Shown piece by piece: positions 49,776-59,735 of a stretch of DNA of 64,000 nt; position 1 is the first letter of the stretch; the number at the start of each line of letters is the position of its first letter. The notes below the pieces were generated by a model that had not been told where the DNA came from, did no database searches, and saw only the letters and a list, made by a program, of their open reading frames with translations. The stretch comes from Nitrospinota bacterium. Lineage in GTDB: Bacteria; UBA8248. Made by a program: the position numbers and the translations under genes. The stretch is taken from positions 128,001-192,000 of the forward strand of contig JAZAHK010000003.1 of the NCBI GenBank assembly GCA_036231405.1. Direction: 5' to 3'.

Positions 49776-50579
49776 TTAATTAAGTCCTAGAATTTTTTTT
49801 GTTTCCTCAACAGTTGCAGGTTCTCTTCCAAGTTCTTTTCCAATCCTAACCATTCTTGAAACTAATTGGGCATTATCTTCCGCTAGAACACCTTTCGTAT
49901 AATAAGGCTCATCTTCTGTACCAACACGAACATGACCACCTTGGATAATGGAAACTGTTTCTAAAGCAACATTACTTAACCCAGCAGCGCTTACTGAAAA
50001 AACAGAATTGTCAGGAAGATGTTCTATGCGATGCAGAAGTTCTTTTAATGTGGCAGGAGACCAAAATCCACCAGGCCAACCAAAAAAAATTGTTAATACG
50101 ACAGGGCTTTTCACTAAGTCCTTCTCTAAAAGCCATTCCAGATTCCACAAATGACCTAAATTGAAACATTCAAATTCTGGGTGTACACCATTATCATTAA
50201 ATAGTCTGACTTGATCTTCAATTTCCTGCCTTGAATGTTCGACTAAAAGATCAGCATCCACAAACGCAAAATCATGTGAGCCCAAAGCAATCGAAGCCAT
50301 ATCAGGTTTTAAATGGACTATTTTTTTTCTTCCTGGAAGTCCCATAGCAGCAATTCCAAATTGGATTAAAATCTCTGGACAGGCTTCGCGAACTGCATTC
50401 GTAAAAGGCTCCCAACTTTCTAGTTGCATAGGAATCCCATGAATATGAGCTATAGAAGCACCTGCTTCATAACTTGCTTTAATTTCACTCGCAAGAGTAT
50501 CAGCAGTTTGGAGACGCTTAGGTACACCAGGGTGCTTACGACTATCTGCCGCACAATTAGTTATTATTAACTTTTCGAT
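49776..50579 (-). CDS. BKACE/Kce family protein, 267 aa, apparent ATC start
   Basis: Track ORF 49776..50429 extends 50 codons upstream without a stop: (ATC)EKLIITNCAADSRKHPGVPKR...GASIAHIHG, collinear with paralogue MSKLMIVNCAADTSMHEGVEKR. Confidence 0.8.
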   Translation of the reverse strand: MEKLIITNCAADSRKHPGVPKRLQTADTLASEIKASYEAGASIAHIHGIPMQLESWEPFTNAVREACPEILIQFGIAAMGLPGRKKIVHLKPDMASIALGSHDFAFVDADLLVEHSRQEIEDQVRLFNDNGVHPEFECFNLGHLWNLEWLLEKDLVKSPVVLTIFFGWPGGFWSPATLKELLHRIEHLPDNSVFSVSAAGLSNVALETVSIIQGGHVRVGTEDEPYYTKGVLAEDNAQLVSRMVRIGKELGREPATVEETKKILGLN

Positions 50580-50620
50580 CTTAGCTTCCCCCTGAAATAA
50601 AAAAATTGATAATAGAATAA

Positions 50621-51391
50621 TTAATCAATACTACTTTCCGCGTACAACAAACCTCTAATTTTCTGACTCAAAGCAACGAATGCAGGATCTCCCATTGTTT
50701 TAAGATCTCGGGGCCTTTCAATATCTACGGTTATTACCTCTGCAATTTTCCCTGGTCTGGCAGTCATCACCACAACGCGATCTGCCAAAAATACAGCTTC
50801 TGGGATACTATGAGTAATGAAAAAAACCGTTTTTTTACTTTCTAACCAGATCCTCTGGAGTTCAAGATTCATTTGTTCTCTCGTCATAGCATCTAGCGCA
50901 CCAAAAGGCTCATCCATAAGTAAGAGACTGGGGTCATGTATTAAGGCTCTAATTATAGCGTTACGCTGCCTCATTCCTCCAGACAATTCATGAGGATACT
51001 TGTCTTCGAATCCGTCTAAACCAACTAACTTAATCAATGCTTTTGCTCTTGGAATTGTGACATTAGAATCAAGGTTTAAGATTTCAGAAGGAAGAAGCGT
51101 ATTTTGCAGAACAGTCCTCCATAAAAGAAGAACAGGATCTTGGAACACAATCCCTACATCATTTCTTGGACCTTCAATTGGAGTATTTTTTAGACTTATA
51201 CCCCCCGAGGTCTTCGTTAATAGACCACCTAAAATTTTTAATAACGTACTCTTGCCACATCCACTAGGGCCGACAACTGAAACAAATTCACCTTCAAAGA
51301 TTTCCAAGTTTATATCAGACAAAGCGTGAACAATTTCACCACTAGCAGTAATGTATTCCTTCTCTAAATTTTTTACAGATATATAGGACAT
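50621..51391 (-). CDS. ABC transporter ATP-binding protein (NitT/TauT type)
   Basis: GPSGCGKST, LSGGMRQR, DEPFGALD, THSIPEA. Confidence 0.95.
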   Translation of the reverse strand: MSYISVKNLEKEYITASGEIVHALSDINLEIFEGEFVSVVGPSGCGKSTLLKILGGLLTKTSGGISLKNTPIEGPRNDVGIVFQDPVLLLWRTVLQNTLLPSEILNLDSNVTIPRAKALIKLVGLDGFEDKYPHELSGGMRQRNAIIRALIHDPSLLLMDEPFGALDAMTREQMNLELQRIWLESKKTVFFITHSIPEAVFLADRVVVMTARPGKIAEVITVDIERPRDLKTMGDPAFVALSQKIRGLLYAESSID

Positions 51392-51426
51392 TTTTCATTT
51401 TCAAAAATTAAGTTTTATAAGTAAAA

Positions 51427-52380
51427 TTAAGACCCCATGGTCTGTTCTGTTTCAGGAGCCCAAAAAAGAATTTTCTTTTTTGTGACCTGGACTATTTTAT
51501 GCATTCCCAAACCCATGAAGGAAAGTAAAATTAAAACAGCAAATGTTCCCGTCGTATCTGCAGAAAAACTCATTTGCATCAAAAGAACACCTAAACCGCA
51601 TTGTCCTCTTCCGCCCCACATACACATTCCAGCTCCTACAAATTCTCCTAAAATTGCCCCAAGCAAACTAAAAACAACGGCTATCTCAAGTCCCGCGAAG
51701 ATAAAAGGAAGGGCATTTGGAAATTGTAGTTTTCTAAAAGTGGTCCACCTTGAAGCCGATAAAGAACGAAGCAAGTCTAATTGATCCTGGTCAGCAGATC
51801 TCAGCCCTACCATGGTATTCACTAAAAGAGGGAAAAATGCTACTAATCCTGCAAGAAAAACCTTTGACTCAACTTCATATCCAAACCAGATAATAAAAAG
51901 AGGCGCAATAGCTAACTTAGGGAGAGTTTGAAAAGCTACGACATAAGGCATAATAATAGCCTCTATCCATTTAGATTGCATAAAAACTAGGCCAAGCCCA
52001 AGACCAATAATACTCCCTATGATAAAACCAAGGACTGCTTCAAAGAGAGTATGACTGATATGCAGATAGAAACTGTGTTGCATAACACTAGAGAAATCTG
52101 CAGTACCTGACTGTGGACCCGTTTCGATGAAAACCAAACCTCTCAGGAGAGCTTCAGCTACATCAGATGGAGCTGGAAAGATGAAATCATCAATATCAAA
52201 ATAAACAACTATCCACTCCCAAAGACTAACGAATATAATGAAAGAAACGGGAAAAAGCCATAGATTTCTCTTGTTAAAAAGAACGGTCGAAAAAGAAGGC
52301 TTAACGGACTCCACAACGTCCTGCGAAGGATTTGTGGAGTCCGTTTTTACACTATCAGGTTCATTGATTTTATTTTGCAT
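51427..52380 (-). CDS. ABC transporter permease (NitT/TauT type)
   Basis: PAPSDV, PKLAIAPLFIIWFG, ALPFIFAGL, GEFVG. Confidence 0.93.
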   Translation of the reverse strand: MQNKINEPDSVKTDSTNPSQDVVESVKPSFSTVLFNKRNLWLFPVSFIIFVSLWEWIVVYFDIDDFIFPAPSDVAEALLRGLVFIETGPQSGTADFSSVMQHSFYLHISHTLFEAVLGFIIGSIIGLGLGLVFMQSKWIEAIIMPYVVAFQTLPKLAIAPLFIIWFGYEVESKVFLAGLVAFFPLLVNTMVGLRSADQDQLDLLRSLSASRWTTFRKLQFPNALPFIFAGLEIAVVFSLLGAILGEFVGAGMCMWGGRGQCGLGVLLMQMSFSADTTGTFAVLILLSFMGLGMHKIVQVTKKKILFWAPETEQTMGS

Positions 52381-52390
52381 TTTCTTTTAA

Positions 52391-53545
52391 TTACTTATAC
52401 TTTTTCATTAAAGCTTTATATTTCTTAAGCTCTTTTTGGATATCAAATTTTTTAGCTCTTCTAATTACTGCTTCTTTATCGAAATTATTGACTTCAGCAA
52501 TAAGATCATTAGTCCATAGTTTACTTACTTGCGCATCAGACAATTTTTTGTCTAAACCAACAAACTTGACGTACTCGGACCATTCACCTGCATGGTGAGC
52601 CCCAAATCGCTTATCCTTCTCATCATCAACTCTTAACTTAGGTGCACGTGCTCTTAAAACTTTAATCATTTTCGCCGTTGCAGCCTTACGACTCATCCCC
52701 TTAGGGATAGACTCAGGATAAAGAACCCAGTGCGCTTCTAATGCAGCATCTGGATTCGTATAAAAGAAGAGACTTCCTTTCGCAAGTCCTTTCAAGAAAC
52801 CTACAACAGTTTTTCTGTTATTTTTTAGAAACTTAGTATTAAGCCACACCACATTCCCAAATAAATTCTTTGTCCAGCTTTTTTGATAAGGGATAATATT
52901 AAATTTGAAGCCCGCAGCTTGAGCAAGAGTATACTGAACATCTACATTTGCCCAAGCTTCAACTCTCTTCATTTTCATGGCAAGTGCAGCTTTATTAACA
53001 GGACCTACTGGTAGGTACGTAACATTTTGCTTGTTTAAAGGTATCCCACATGTTTCAAGAGCTTTCCTAACAAAGTATGGACCTGAATCTCTTGCACTCA
53101 TAACACCTATTTTTTTCCCATTAAGATCACAAACAGTTTTGATAGGACTGCCAGGAGGAACAGCAACACCATCTGCATAAATAGCATCTCTATTTAGAAT
53201 ATAGACACCTGTAACTGGAGGCCATTTTTTACCTCTTGCAGCCTTAAAAAGAATAGGAATAGGCCTAGGAAGACCAACGTGTGTTCTGCCAGCTAGAACC
53301 CAGCCCATTGCTTGCGCCCCACCCTGAGCAGCTACAAATTGTGCATCTACACCCTCTTCTTGGTAGTACCCAAGAAAATTACCTATCCACAAAAAAGAAA
53401 TCCCAGGATTAAAAAGTGGATTAGCCATTGTAACTTTTATGTTAGAAAGCTTTTTTGCCGCAAAAGAATTGCCACCTGGTACAAGAAAAACAAAAAACAA
53501 ACTAAGTACTAGAAAAACTCTTAAAAAATACTTACTCATAATCAC
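52391..53545 (-). CDS. ABC substrate-binding protein (NMT1/SsuA-like)
   Basis: Signal peptide, GYYQEEGVD, DLNGKKIGV; adjacent to permease and ATPase. Confidence 0.88.
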   Translation of the reverse strand: MIMSKYFLRVFLVLSLFFVFLVPGGNSFAAKKLSNIKVTMANPLFNPGISFLWIGNFLGYYQEEGVDAQFVAAQGGAQAMGWVLAGRTHVGLPRPIPILFKAARGKKWPPVTGVYILNRDAIYADGVAVPPGSPIKTVCDLNGKKIGVMSARDSGPYFVRKALETCGIPLNKQNVTYLPVGPVNKAALAMKMKRVEAWANVDVQYTLAQAAGFKFNIIPYQKSWTKNLFGNVVWLNTKFLKNNRKTVVGFLKGLAKGSLFFYTNPDAALEAHWVLYPESIPKGMSRKAATAKMIKVLRARAPKLRVDDEKDKRFGAHHAGEWSEYVKFVGLDKKLSDAQVSKLWTNDLIAEVNNFDKEAVIRRAKKFDIQKELKKYKALMKKYK

Positions 53546-53578
53546 CCCCCTTTATGAAATGAGAAAATCAATTGAAAA

Positions 53579-54346
53579 TTAATCTTCAATAATCGCAACA
53601 GGTCTAACCCAAGCACCACTTGCATCCTTAATATTTATTGGAAAACAACAAAGCTTAAAACCATGAGGTTTAGGAATTGCACCAATGTTTGCTACCTGCT
53701 CTATTTGAAAATACTCACGCTTTCTTCCTAATATATGGTGACATGGCATCAATGACTCTCTTTTGCCAGCTTTAAATTCAGGGATTTGATTATTAAATGG
53801 TCTGTCAAATCCAAATGCATCAATACAAATCACTCTGACTCCACGATCTAGTAAAAATTCGGTAGATTCAATACTCATACCAGGGTGTAATTCTGAGTAA
53901 TTTGGGTCATCTCTTTTTTCATCAGTACCAGTCCAAAGAAGAACTATATCACCCTCTTTTACTTCATATTCTATTTTCGTTAAACATGACCCAATATCAC
54001 TTGCTGTAATCCAATCCCCTGTATTTTTATGACGCAGATCTAGTACGACGCCATCACCGTAACACCACTCTAAGGGTATCTGATCTACTTTTCTAGAAAC
54101 CTCTCCCGCAACAGTTGGGCCATAGTGCCAGGGGGCATCCATATGTGTAGCAGAATGAGTAGATACGGTTACCATTTCTGCTGCACCACCAACTCCGTCG
54201 TGTATATCTTCTAAATTAACACCCCATTTTTTTGCAGAGTTAGTTCCAAACTCCTTATGGTCCATGTAGGTTATTTCTGGTGGACGAGGTTCATAAGAAC
54301 CATTCATCATCGGAGTACTAAGATCAATGAATTGAGTTGCACACAT
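53579..54346 (-). CDS. Cyclase-family metallohydrolase (kynurenine formamidase-like)
   Basis: IDLS, THSATHMDAPWH, GDIVLLWTG, GAWVRPVA. Confidence 0.9.
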   Translation of the reverse strand: MCATQFIDLSTPMMNGSYEPRPPEITYMDHKEFGTNSAKKWGVNLEDIHDGVGGAAEMVTVSTHSATHMDAPWHYGPTVAGEVSRKVDQIPLEWCYGDGVVLDLRHKNTGDWITASDIGSCLTKIEYEVKEGDIVLLWTGTDEKRDDPNYSELHPGMSIESTEFLLDRGVRVICIDAFGFDRPFNNQIPEFKAGKRESLMPCHHILGRKREYFQIEQVANIGAIPKPHGFKLCCFPINIKDASGAWVRPVAIIED

Positions 54347-54383
54347 AATTTTTTCCCTTATTTCTAAATATGATCAAAAAATT

Positions 54384-55619
54384 TTAAACTACCCAAAGCT
54401 TTCTTTCTTGTGGATATATAAAATCATATCCATCTTTTGTAACCACTACAGTCTTTTCAATTTGCGTTCCACCAACACCAAAAACCTGACAAGGATTTTC
54501 AATGCAAATAGTAGTTCCCTCTTCAAGGGGGAAATCACTGGAAGATGGAAGGAAAGGACTGTTCATTGGAGAAGGATCAGAAAGAACATAAGGAACTTCT
54601 CTTTGCTCAAGACCAATCGCATGACCTGCAAAATTTCCATTATGTTCTAGCAAACCGCCATCTTTTGTCCCCTCAAGCAGTGCCCTATAAATCTCAGAAC
54701 CCAAAACACCAGCTTTCACTTTCAAAAGACCTGCATCAAATCCCGCTAATGTTGCCTCCCATATTTTCAATTGCTCACTTGTAGGTTCACCAAGAACTCC
54801 ACCCCAACCAGTATCAGACTGATAGTTTCCAAGCACCAGTCCTGCATCAAATTTCCACATTTCTCCTTTATTTATTTTCTTATCAGTCGGAGGGAAAATT
54901 CCTGTTGCACGCCTACCTGAACAAAAATGAAACCATTGCCAAATTCCACCACCTCTCCCAACCTCACTTCGGAAGACAGAAGCAACTTCTTGCTCAGTCG
55001 CTCCTTCCTTTACAGCATTAGATGCCGCAATACATGAACTTTCATTTAAAGCGGCGGCCGCTTTCATAGCATTAATTTCATCTTTCGTTTTCACCATTCG
55101 AATCAAACGGAAAAGATCACTAGCCTCGATTATTTCTGCCTCAGGAAGAGCAACTTCAATTTGCTTTCTAACAGTCGGATTTACCCTCTCTTGATCAAGA
55201 GCCAATCTTCCTTTATCAAGACCTCGATCGCGTAGAGCCATAGCAAGAGACGACCCTGGACTCTTTTCCCTTTTCGAATCATTGTTATACATTCCTAAGT
55301 ACGTCTCTTCTTCTAAGGTTTCAGCCTTTTTATCAGGAGGTTGAATAAGCGCACTTTTTCCTCCAAAAGTGTAATGTTCCTTGATCCATGACTGTTGCAT
55401 AGAAACATACGTCACCTCCTGGCCTGGCACTATCAAAGCAGGAGATATAGATTCATCAACTGCAAAAAGTGCAAACATATGAACCGAGTACGCATATACT
55501 TTATTAGACCAACCTACGGTTCCAGCAAGATAAGTAACATTTTCAGGAGTACTGGCAATCAGGACGTCAACATCAAATTCCTTCATCAACTTTCTTGCAC
55601 GACTTTCGTTCAAATACAT
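54384..55619 (-). CDS. M24 (Xaa-Pro peptidase/creatinase-like) metallohydrolase
   Basis: PENVTYL, RMVKT.DEI; metal ligands D(FDAG), D(SDTG), H(GHAIG), E(IENP), E(IEKT). Confidence 0.9.
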   Translation of the reverse strand: MYLNESRARKLMKEFDVDVLIASTPENVTYLAGTVGWSNKVYAYSVHMFALFAVDESISPALIVPGQEVTYVSMQQSWIKEHYTFGGKSALIQPPDKKAETLEEETYLGMYNNDSKREKSPGSSLAMALRDRGLDKGRLALDQERVNPTVRKQIEVALPEAEIIEASDLFRLIRMVKTKDEINAMKAAAALNESSCIAASNAVKEGATEQEVASVFRSEVGRGGGIWQWFHFCSGRRATGIFPPTDKKINKGEMWKFDAGLVLGNYQSDTGWGGVLGEPTSEQLKIWEATLAGFDAGLLKVKAGVLGSEIYRALLEGTKDGGLLEHNGNFAGHAIGLEQREVPYVLSDPSPMNSPFLPSSSDFPLEEGTTICIENPCQVFGVGGTQIEKTVVVTKDGYDFIYPQERKLWVV

Positions 55620-55804
55620 AGGAACAACTCCAAAAAAAACCCCTAAGCAAAGATGCTAAATGGGAAAAATATGTAGAATTTTTTAATGTTTTTAAATTAT
55701 CACTTTTTTGATTACTTCGTAAATACGAAGTAGATAAAAAACTTAAAAAATGGTAGTTATTGTCCTCTATAGAAATAAAAATTCTCACGATAGGATGCGC
55801 AGAA

Positions 55805-56986
55805 ATGCAGTCAAATATACCACGAGTTAGTAGTGAATTAGAAAAATGGCTCGAAATTTCAGATAAACTCAGTAGAAGCAGATTTGCCTCACGAGCAAAG
55901 GTTATAGATGAAGAATCTCGTTTCCCAGAAGAAAATTATAATGATTTAAAAGAAACAGGGCTATTGGCCCTTTCTGTTCCTAAAGAATATGGGGGAATAG
56001 GAGCAGATGCTCTCACTTATGTAAAAGTGTTATCAAATATAGCACGAGGATGTGCCTCGACCGGTCTTACTTTTAACATGCATAGTGCAGTTGTAGATTT
56101 CATGAAACAGCTTGCATCTCCAGAACAACAAGAGGAGTATTTCAAAAAAGTCGTAAATGACGGGGCGATTTTTGCTTCTATTACGAGTGAACCAGGAAGT
56201 TCTTTCAGAGACAAGTTATCCGTACGCACTTCAATTAGAAAGTTCTCAGATAATAAGTACAAGATTCATGGGAAAAAACATTTTTGTTCTTTATCTACCG
56301 GGGCAGATTTCTACTTCACATGGAGTTTTTTAGATGGTTCGAAAAACATAGAGGATGGCCTATACAATGTAATGATTCCATCTACTCGAAGTGGAATTGA
56401 AATATTAGATGACTGGAATGCCATTGGAATGAGAGGTACTGCATCTAATTCAGTGATGTTTAATGATGTAGAAATTTATGAAGAAGAAGTGATTGGGGAT
56501 CCAGGCAGCATACTTGGCAAGGACATGAGTATGTGGTCTCTGGGTTATACTGCGGTCTATATAGGCATTGCAGAAGCTGCTTATGAATTTACATTAGACT
56601 ATGCCATGAATAAAAAATCTGGATTGGGAGTTCCCTTGCCTGAACTTGAGAGAACTCAGAGACAAATTGGAGAAATGTCAATGATCCTTGAAAATGCACG
56701 AAGAGCTGCTGAAAAGCTTGGAATGCTTAGAGGAAATATGAATAAAATGGAATTAACTTTTATGTTAAATCAGGCAAAATATTTAGCAACTGAAGCCGCT
56801 AGAGAATTAGCTGAAAAAGGTATCCGTTTATGTGGTGGTCTTGGTCTCCAGCGCGACCTCCCACTAGAACGACATCTCAGAGATTCAATTGCAGGAATTG
56901 TCATGCCACCATCCAATGATCGTTGCCTTGAAACAGTTGGACGGATCGCTCTTGGACTAGAAGCGAAAACACTTGATTTTCAGTAA
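55805..56986 (+). CDS. Acyl-CoA dehydrogenase-family flavoprotein
   Basis: VPKEYGG, NMH, SEPG, WNAIGMRGTAS, LERHLRD; start placed at ATG 55805 (track starts at 55760). Confidence 0.88.
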   Translation: MQSNIPRVSSELEKWLEISDKLSRSRFASRAKVIDEESRFPEENYNDLKETGLLALSVPKEYGGIGADALTYVKVLSNIARGCASTGLTFNMHSAVVDFMKQLASPEQQEEYFKKVVNDGAIFASITSEPGSSFRDKLSVRTSIRKFSDNKYKIHGKKHFCSLSTGADFYFTWSFLDGSKNIEDGLYNVMIPSTRSGIEILDDWNAIGMRGTASNSVMFNDVEIYEEEVIGDPGSILGKDMSMWSLGYTAVYIGIAEAAYEFTLDYAMNKKSGLGVPLPELERTQRQIGEMSMILENARRAAEKLGMLRGNMNKMELTFMLNQAKYLATEAARELAEKGIRLCGGLGLQRDLPLERHLRDSIAGIVMPPSNDRCLETVGRIALGLEAKTLDFQ

Positions 56987-57059
56987 GATGCAAAATAGTC
57001 CGAAGAAATAAGAAAAATTCTGATTAAAATTTCTTTATCAAAAAGGAAGTTAATACCTT

Positions 57060-57929
57060 TTGCCCATTGAAACTCTTGCTATTATTTCAGGCTTTTTTTA
57101 CGCGGTAAGTGCGGTTTTAACTCGTTTAGGACTTGATAAAAGTACAAGCCAAACAGGAAGTTTTGTGGTAGCAGTAACGTATCTTGTAATTACTATACTT
57201 GCTCTTCCTTTAGATAGCAGCCCACTATCACAATTATCTTTGAACGACATATACTTTCTCGCCGCAGGTATTTCATCCCCTGCTTTTTCTGTGCTCTTTC
57301 TTTATCGTTCTATAAGTTTTATCGGTGTTGCTCCAACGACCGCCATAGTGAATACGAATGCCATATTTGGAAGTTTCCTCGCTTTTTTTATTCTCCAAGA
57401 ACGTCCTTCAGATTTGTTTTGGATTGGGCTTGTCATTGTTCTTTTTGGAATCTTTTTAATTTCAGAAGGTCTGGATAAAATGCAAGGAAAATACAAATAT
57501 ATACTTATCCCACTTTTGTCAGCAATTTGCTTTGGACTAGCTCATACCTTTAGAAAACTTGGGTTTGAAAACAGCCAATCGTCTTTCTTTACAGGTGCTT
57601 TTTTACAGGGGCTATCAGCATGCATTGTTTTGCCTTTGATACTTAGAGTCAGTTCAAATAAAAATACTAAAACTTATGTTTTTAATTTAAAATCTCTTAA
57701 ATATTTCATTCCTGCTGGTGTTGCGGTAGTACTTGGTCAATTCTTAATTCTCTATGTCATCAAGCACGGACAAGTATCACTTGTATCTTCCATATTAGCA
57801 ACCAATCCACTTTTTGGTTTGTGGTTAACTCATCTTTTCCTAAAGAAGAAGGAAAAGTTAACCCCTAAGATTATTTTTGGCGTCTTAACAATAGTCTCAG
57901 GAGTAGTAATTCTTACATTTTCAAAATAA
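57060..57929 (+). CDS. EamA/DMT-family transporter
   Basis: About 10 TM helices in two repeats; LAFFILQE and LFLKKKEKLT repeat ends. Confidence 0.88.
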   Translation: MPIETLAIISGFFYAVSAVLTRLGLDKSTSQTGSFVVAVTYLVITILALPLDSSPLSQLSLNDIYFLAAGISSPAFSVLFLYRSISFIGVAPTTAIVNTNAIFGSFLAFFILQERPSDLFWIGLVIVLFGIFLISEGLDKMQGKYKYILIPLLSAICFGLAHTFRKLGFENSQSSFFTGAFLQGLSACIVLPLILRVSSNKNTKTYVFNLKSLKYFIPAGVAVVLGQFLILYVIKHGQVSLVSSILATNPLFGLWLTHLFLKKKEKLTPKIIFGVLTIVSGVVILTFSK

Positions 57930-57955
57930 CTTTTTTTATTTTTAAAGGGGATTCT

Positions 57956-58127
57956 ATGGAATGTCAAAATAATTTTTGGCCATGGTTCTCAAAAAATGAG
58001 TATGAAGCCAGATATGCGAAAATAAGAAAAGAAAGGGGTATGGATAGGCGACACTTCCTTGGTAACTGAAGGAGGGGTAGAGAATTTACATAAATACCCT
58101 TTATCGGAATTGCATATAATTTCCTAA
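57956..58127 (+). pseudogene. Internally deleted M24 peptidase/creatinase-like remnant
   Basis: After an AGGGG RBS, ATG 57956 gives MECQNNFWPWFSKNEYEARYAKIRKE; the +1 frame from about 58032 gives KGVWIGDTSLVTEGGVENLHKYPLSELHIIS-TAA. These resemble M24 N- and C-termini. Confidence 0.65.
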
Positions 58128-58270
58128 ACATTTCAAAAGTAAAACTATACAACCAAAACATCTGACAGAACTGAATTCATGTTCTATTCATAATTGCTTC
58201 ATCATCTCTCTTTGAAAAGAAAATACAATTTGAAAGTGAAAATTTATTTCTTTTACGAAGGAGAGCCAAA

Positions 58271-59668
58271 ATGGGAGGAGCACTTGCTATATTCTTGTTC
58301 TTAACTGCACTACAATACTTAGAAATTGATTGGGATACAGGCAAAGAAAGGACTTTCATAAATACAGAAAAAAGAAAAAAGATTTCGAAAAACGAGTCTT
58401 TTAAAATCGCAGAAATAATCAATAAAACAAAAAAAAATACAATAAACAAGAAAGAGATTAACAAGCAGACTGCCGCGTTTAAAGAATTAAAAAAATATAT
58501 ATACCTCTTGAATGCTATTTCAGGGAAAGCTGAAACAAACTATTGTTCAAAAGAAAGCTTATCTCGAGCAGAGATAGGCCCTGAAATCGAATCTCTTCTG
58601 TCACGACCCGAAAAAATAAAGATAAATAGAAAAAACAAAAAAATATTAGAAATACTGTCTAAGGAAGAGCCGAAAAATATTCTATCTAGCAATGCAATTA
58701 AACATCAGATCATGGGAGATTACATGAGACTATGGTCTAATGAGTACCAATGGAATCGAGTTAGATATGAAGAAATAATAAAAGCCTACTTAAATTCTTT
58801 CATAGAAATAAAAAGCCATTTTTCTTCCGTACATAAAATGCCGGGGCAAGAAGCATCCCTCCAATCTATCAATCTTCTCAACAGAGTTTTATCTAGTAAT
58901 ACGAACTCCTACCCACGGAATTCAGGAATCCACTATTTAGGAATGTTTGCCCCGGTAAAAAAGCTTACAAAAGACCCAATATATCTCTCTCTCACCTCTC
59001 AAAAAATTGATCCAAAAGTATGGGTAAAACAAGCTGATTCTCTATTTGATAGAAGTATATTCAGTAAAAGAGAAGCTCTTAAAATTTCTCTTCTCAATAA
59101 TCAACCAGTTGAAGTAATCAATTGGTTAATTAGAAAAGGAGCGCTTGAGGAAAACAAAGCAACTTCGAAACAAAGTACCGAAAATACAACCCGCAAAGAA
59201 GAAACTCCTATCTTCTACGCTATTCACTCTTCTGCTTTTACAAAATTAATTCTAGAAAATCAAAAAAATGTGAGAGATTCAAATCATTTCAACAAGTCTG
59301 CTCTGCATTATGCGATTCAATTTGAAAATCAAGAAACAACAAAATTACTCATAGACCATGGGTTCGATATAAATCAAAAAACGACAAAAATTGCAAAGTG
59401 GCCAGAATGCACGAAATCTTCTAAATTGTACTCCCTTACTCCAATAATGTACGCGGCCAATCATAATAAAACAGATAAAATAATAACCTTATTACTTAAT
59501 GCTGGAGCACAAATAAAGCATAAGGATTCTACAGACAGAAAATTTTCAGATTACCTAAAAGAAAATAAAAATATCTCGTTAGATGCAAAGAAGAAAGTTT
59601 TAAATAGAGTTAATAGAAAAATGGAAATACAGCTAGGGAAGATGATTAATATGGAGAAACAAAGATAA
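58271..59668 (+). CDS. Ankyrin-repeat protein with N-terminal hydrophobic segment
   Basis: TPIFYAI, SALHYAI..LLIDHGFDIN, TPIMYAA..LLLNAGA. Confidence 0.82.
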   Translation: MGGALAIFLFLTALQYLEIDWDTGKERTFINTEKRKKISKNESFKIAEIINKTKKNTINKKEINKQTAAFKELKKYIYLLNAISGKAETNYCSKESLSRAEIGPEIESLLSRPEKIKINRKNKKILEILSKEEPKNILSSNAIKHQIMGDYMRLWSNEYQWNRVRYEEIIKAYLNSFIEIKSHFSSVHKMPGQEASLQSINLLNRVLSSNTNSYPRNSGIHYLGMFAPVKKLTKDPIYLSLTSQKIDPKVWVKQADSLFDRSIFSKREALKISLLNNQPVEVINWLIRKGALEENKATSKQSTENTTRKEETPIFYAIHSSAFTKLILENQKNVRDSNHFNKSALHYAIQFENQETTKLLIDHGFDINQKTTKIAKWPECTKSSKLYSLTPIMYAANHNKTDKIITLLLNAGAQIKHKDSTDRKFSDYLKENKNISLDAKKKVLNRVNRKMEIQLGKMINMEKQR

Positions 59669-59735
59669 AAACGCCCTAAGCGACATAATCACAATTTTTG
59701 AGACATTTATCATTCGGTTTTTATATTTTTTTACT

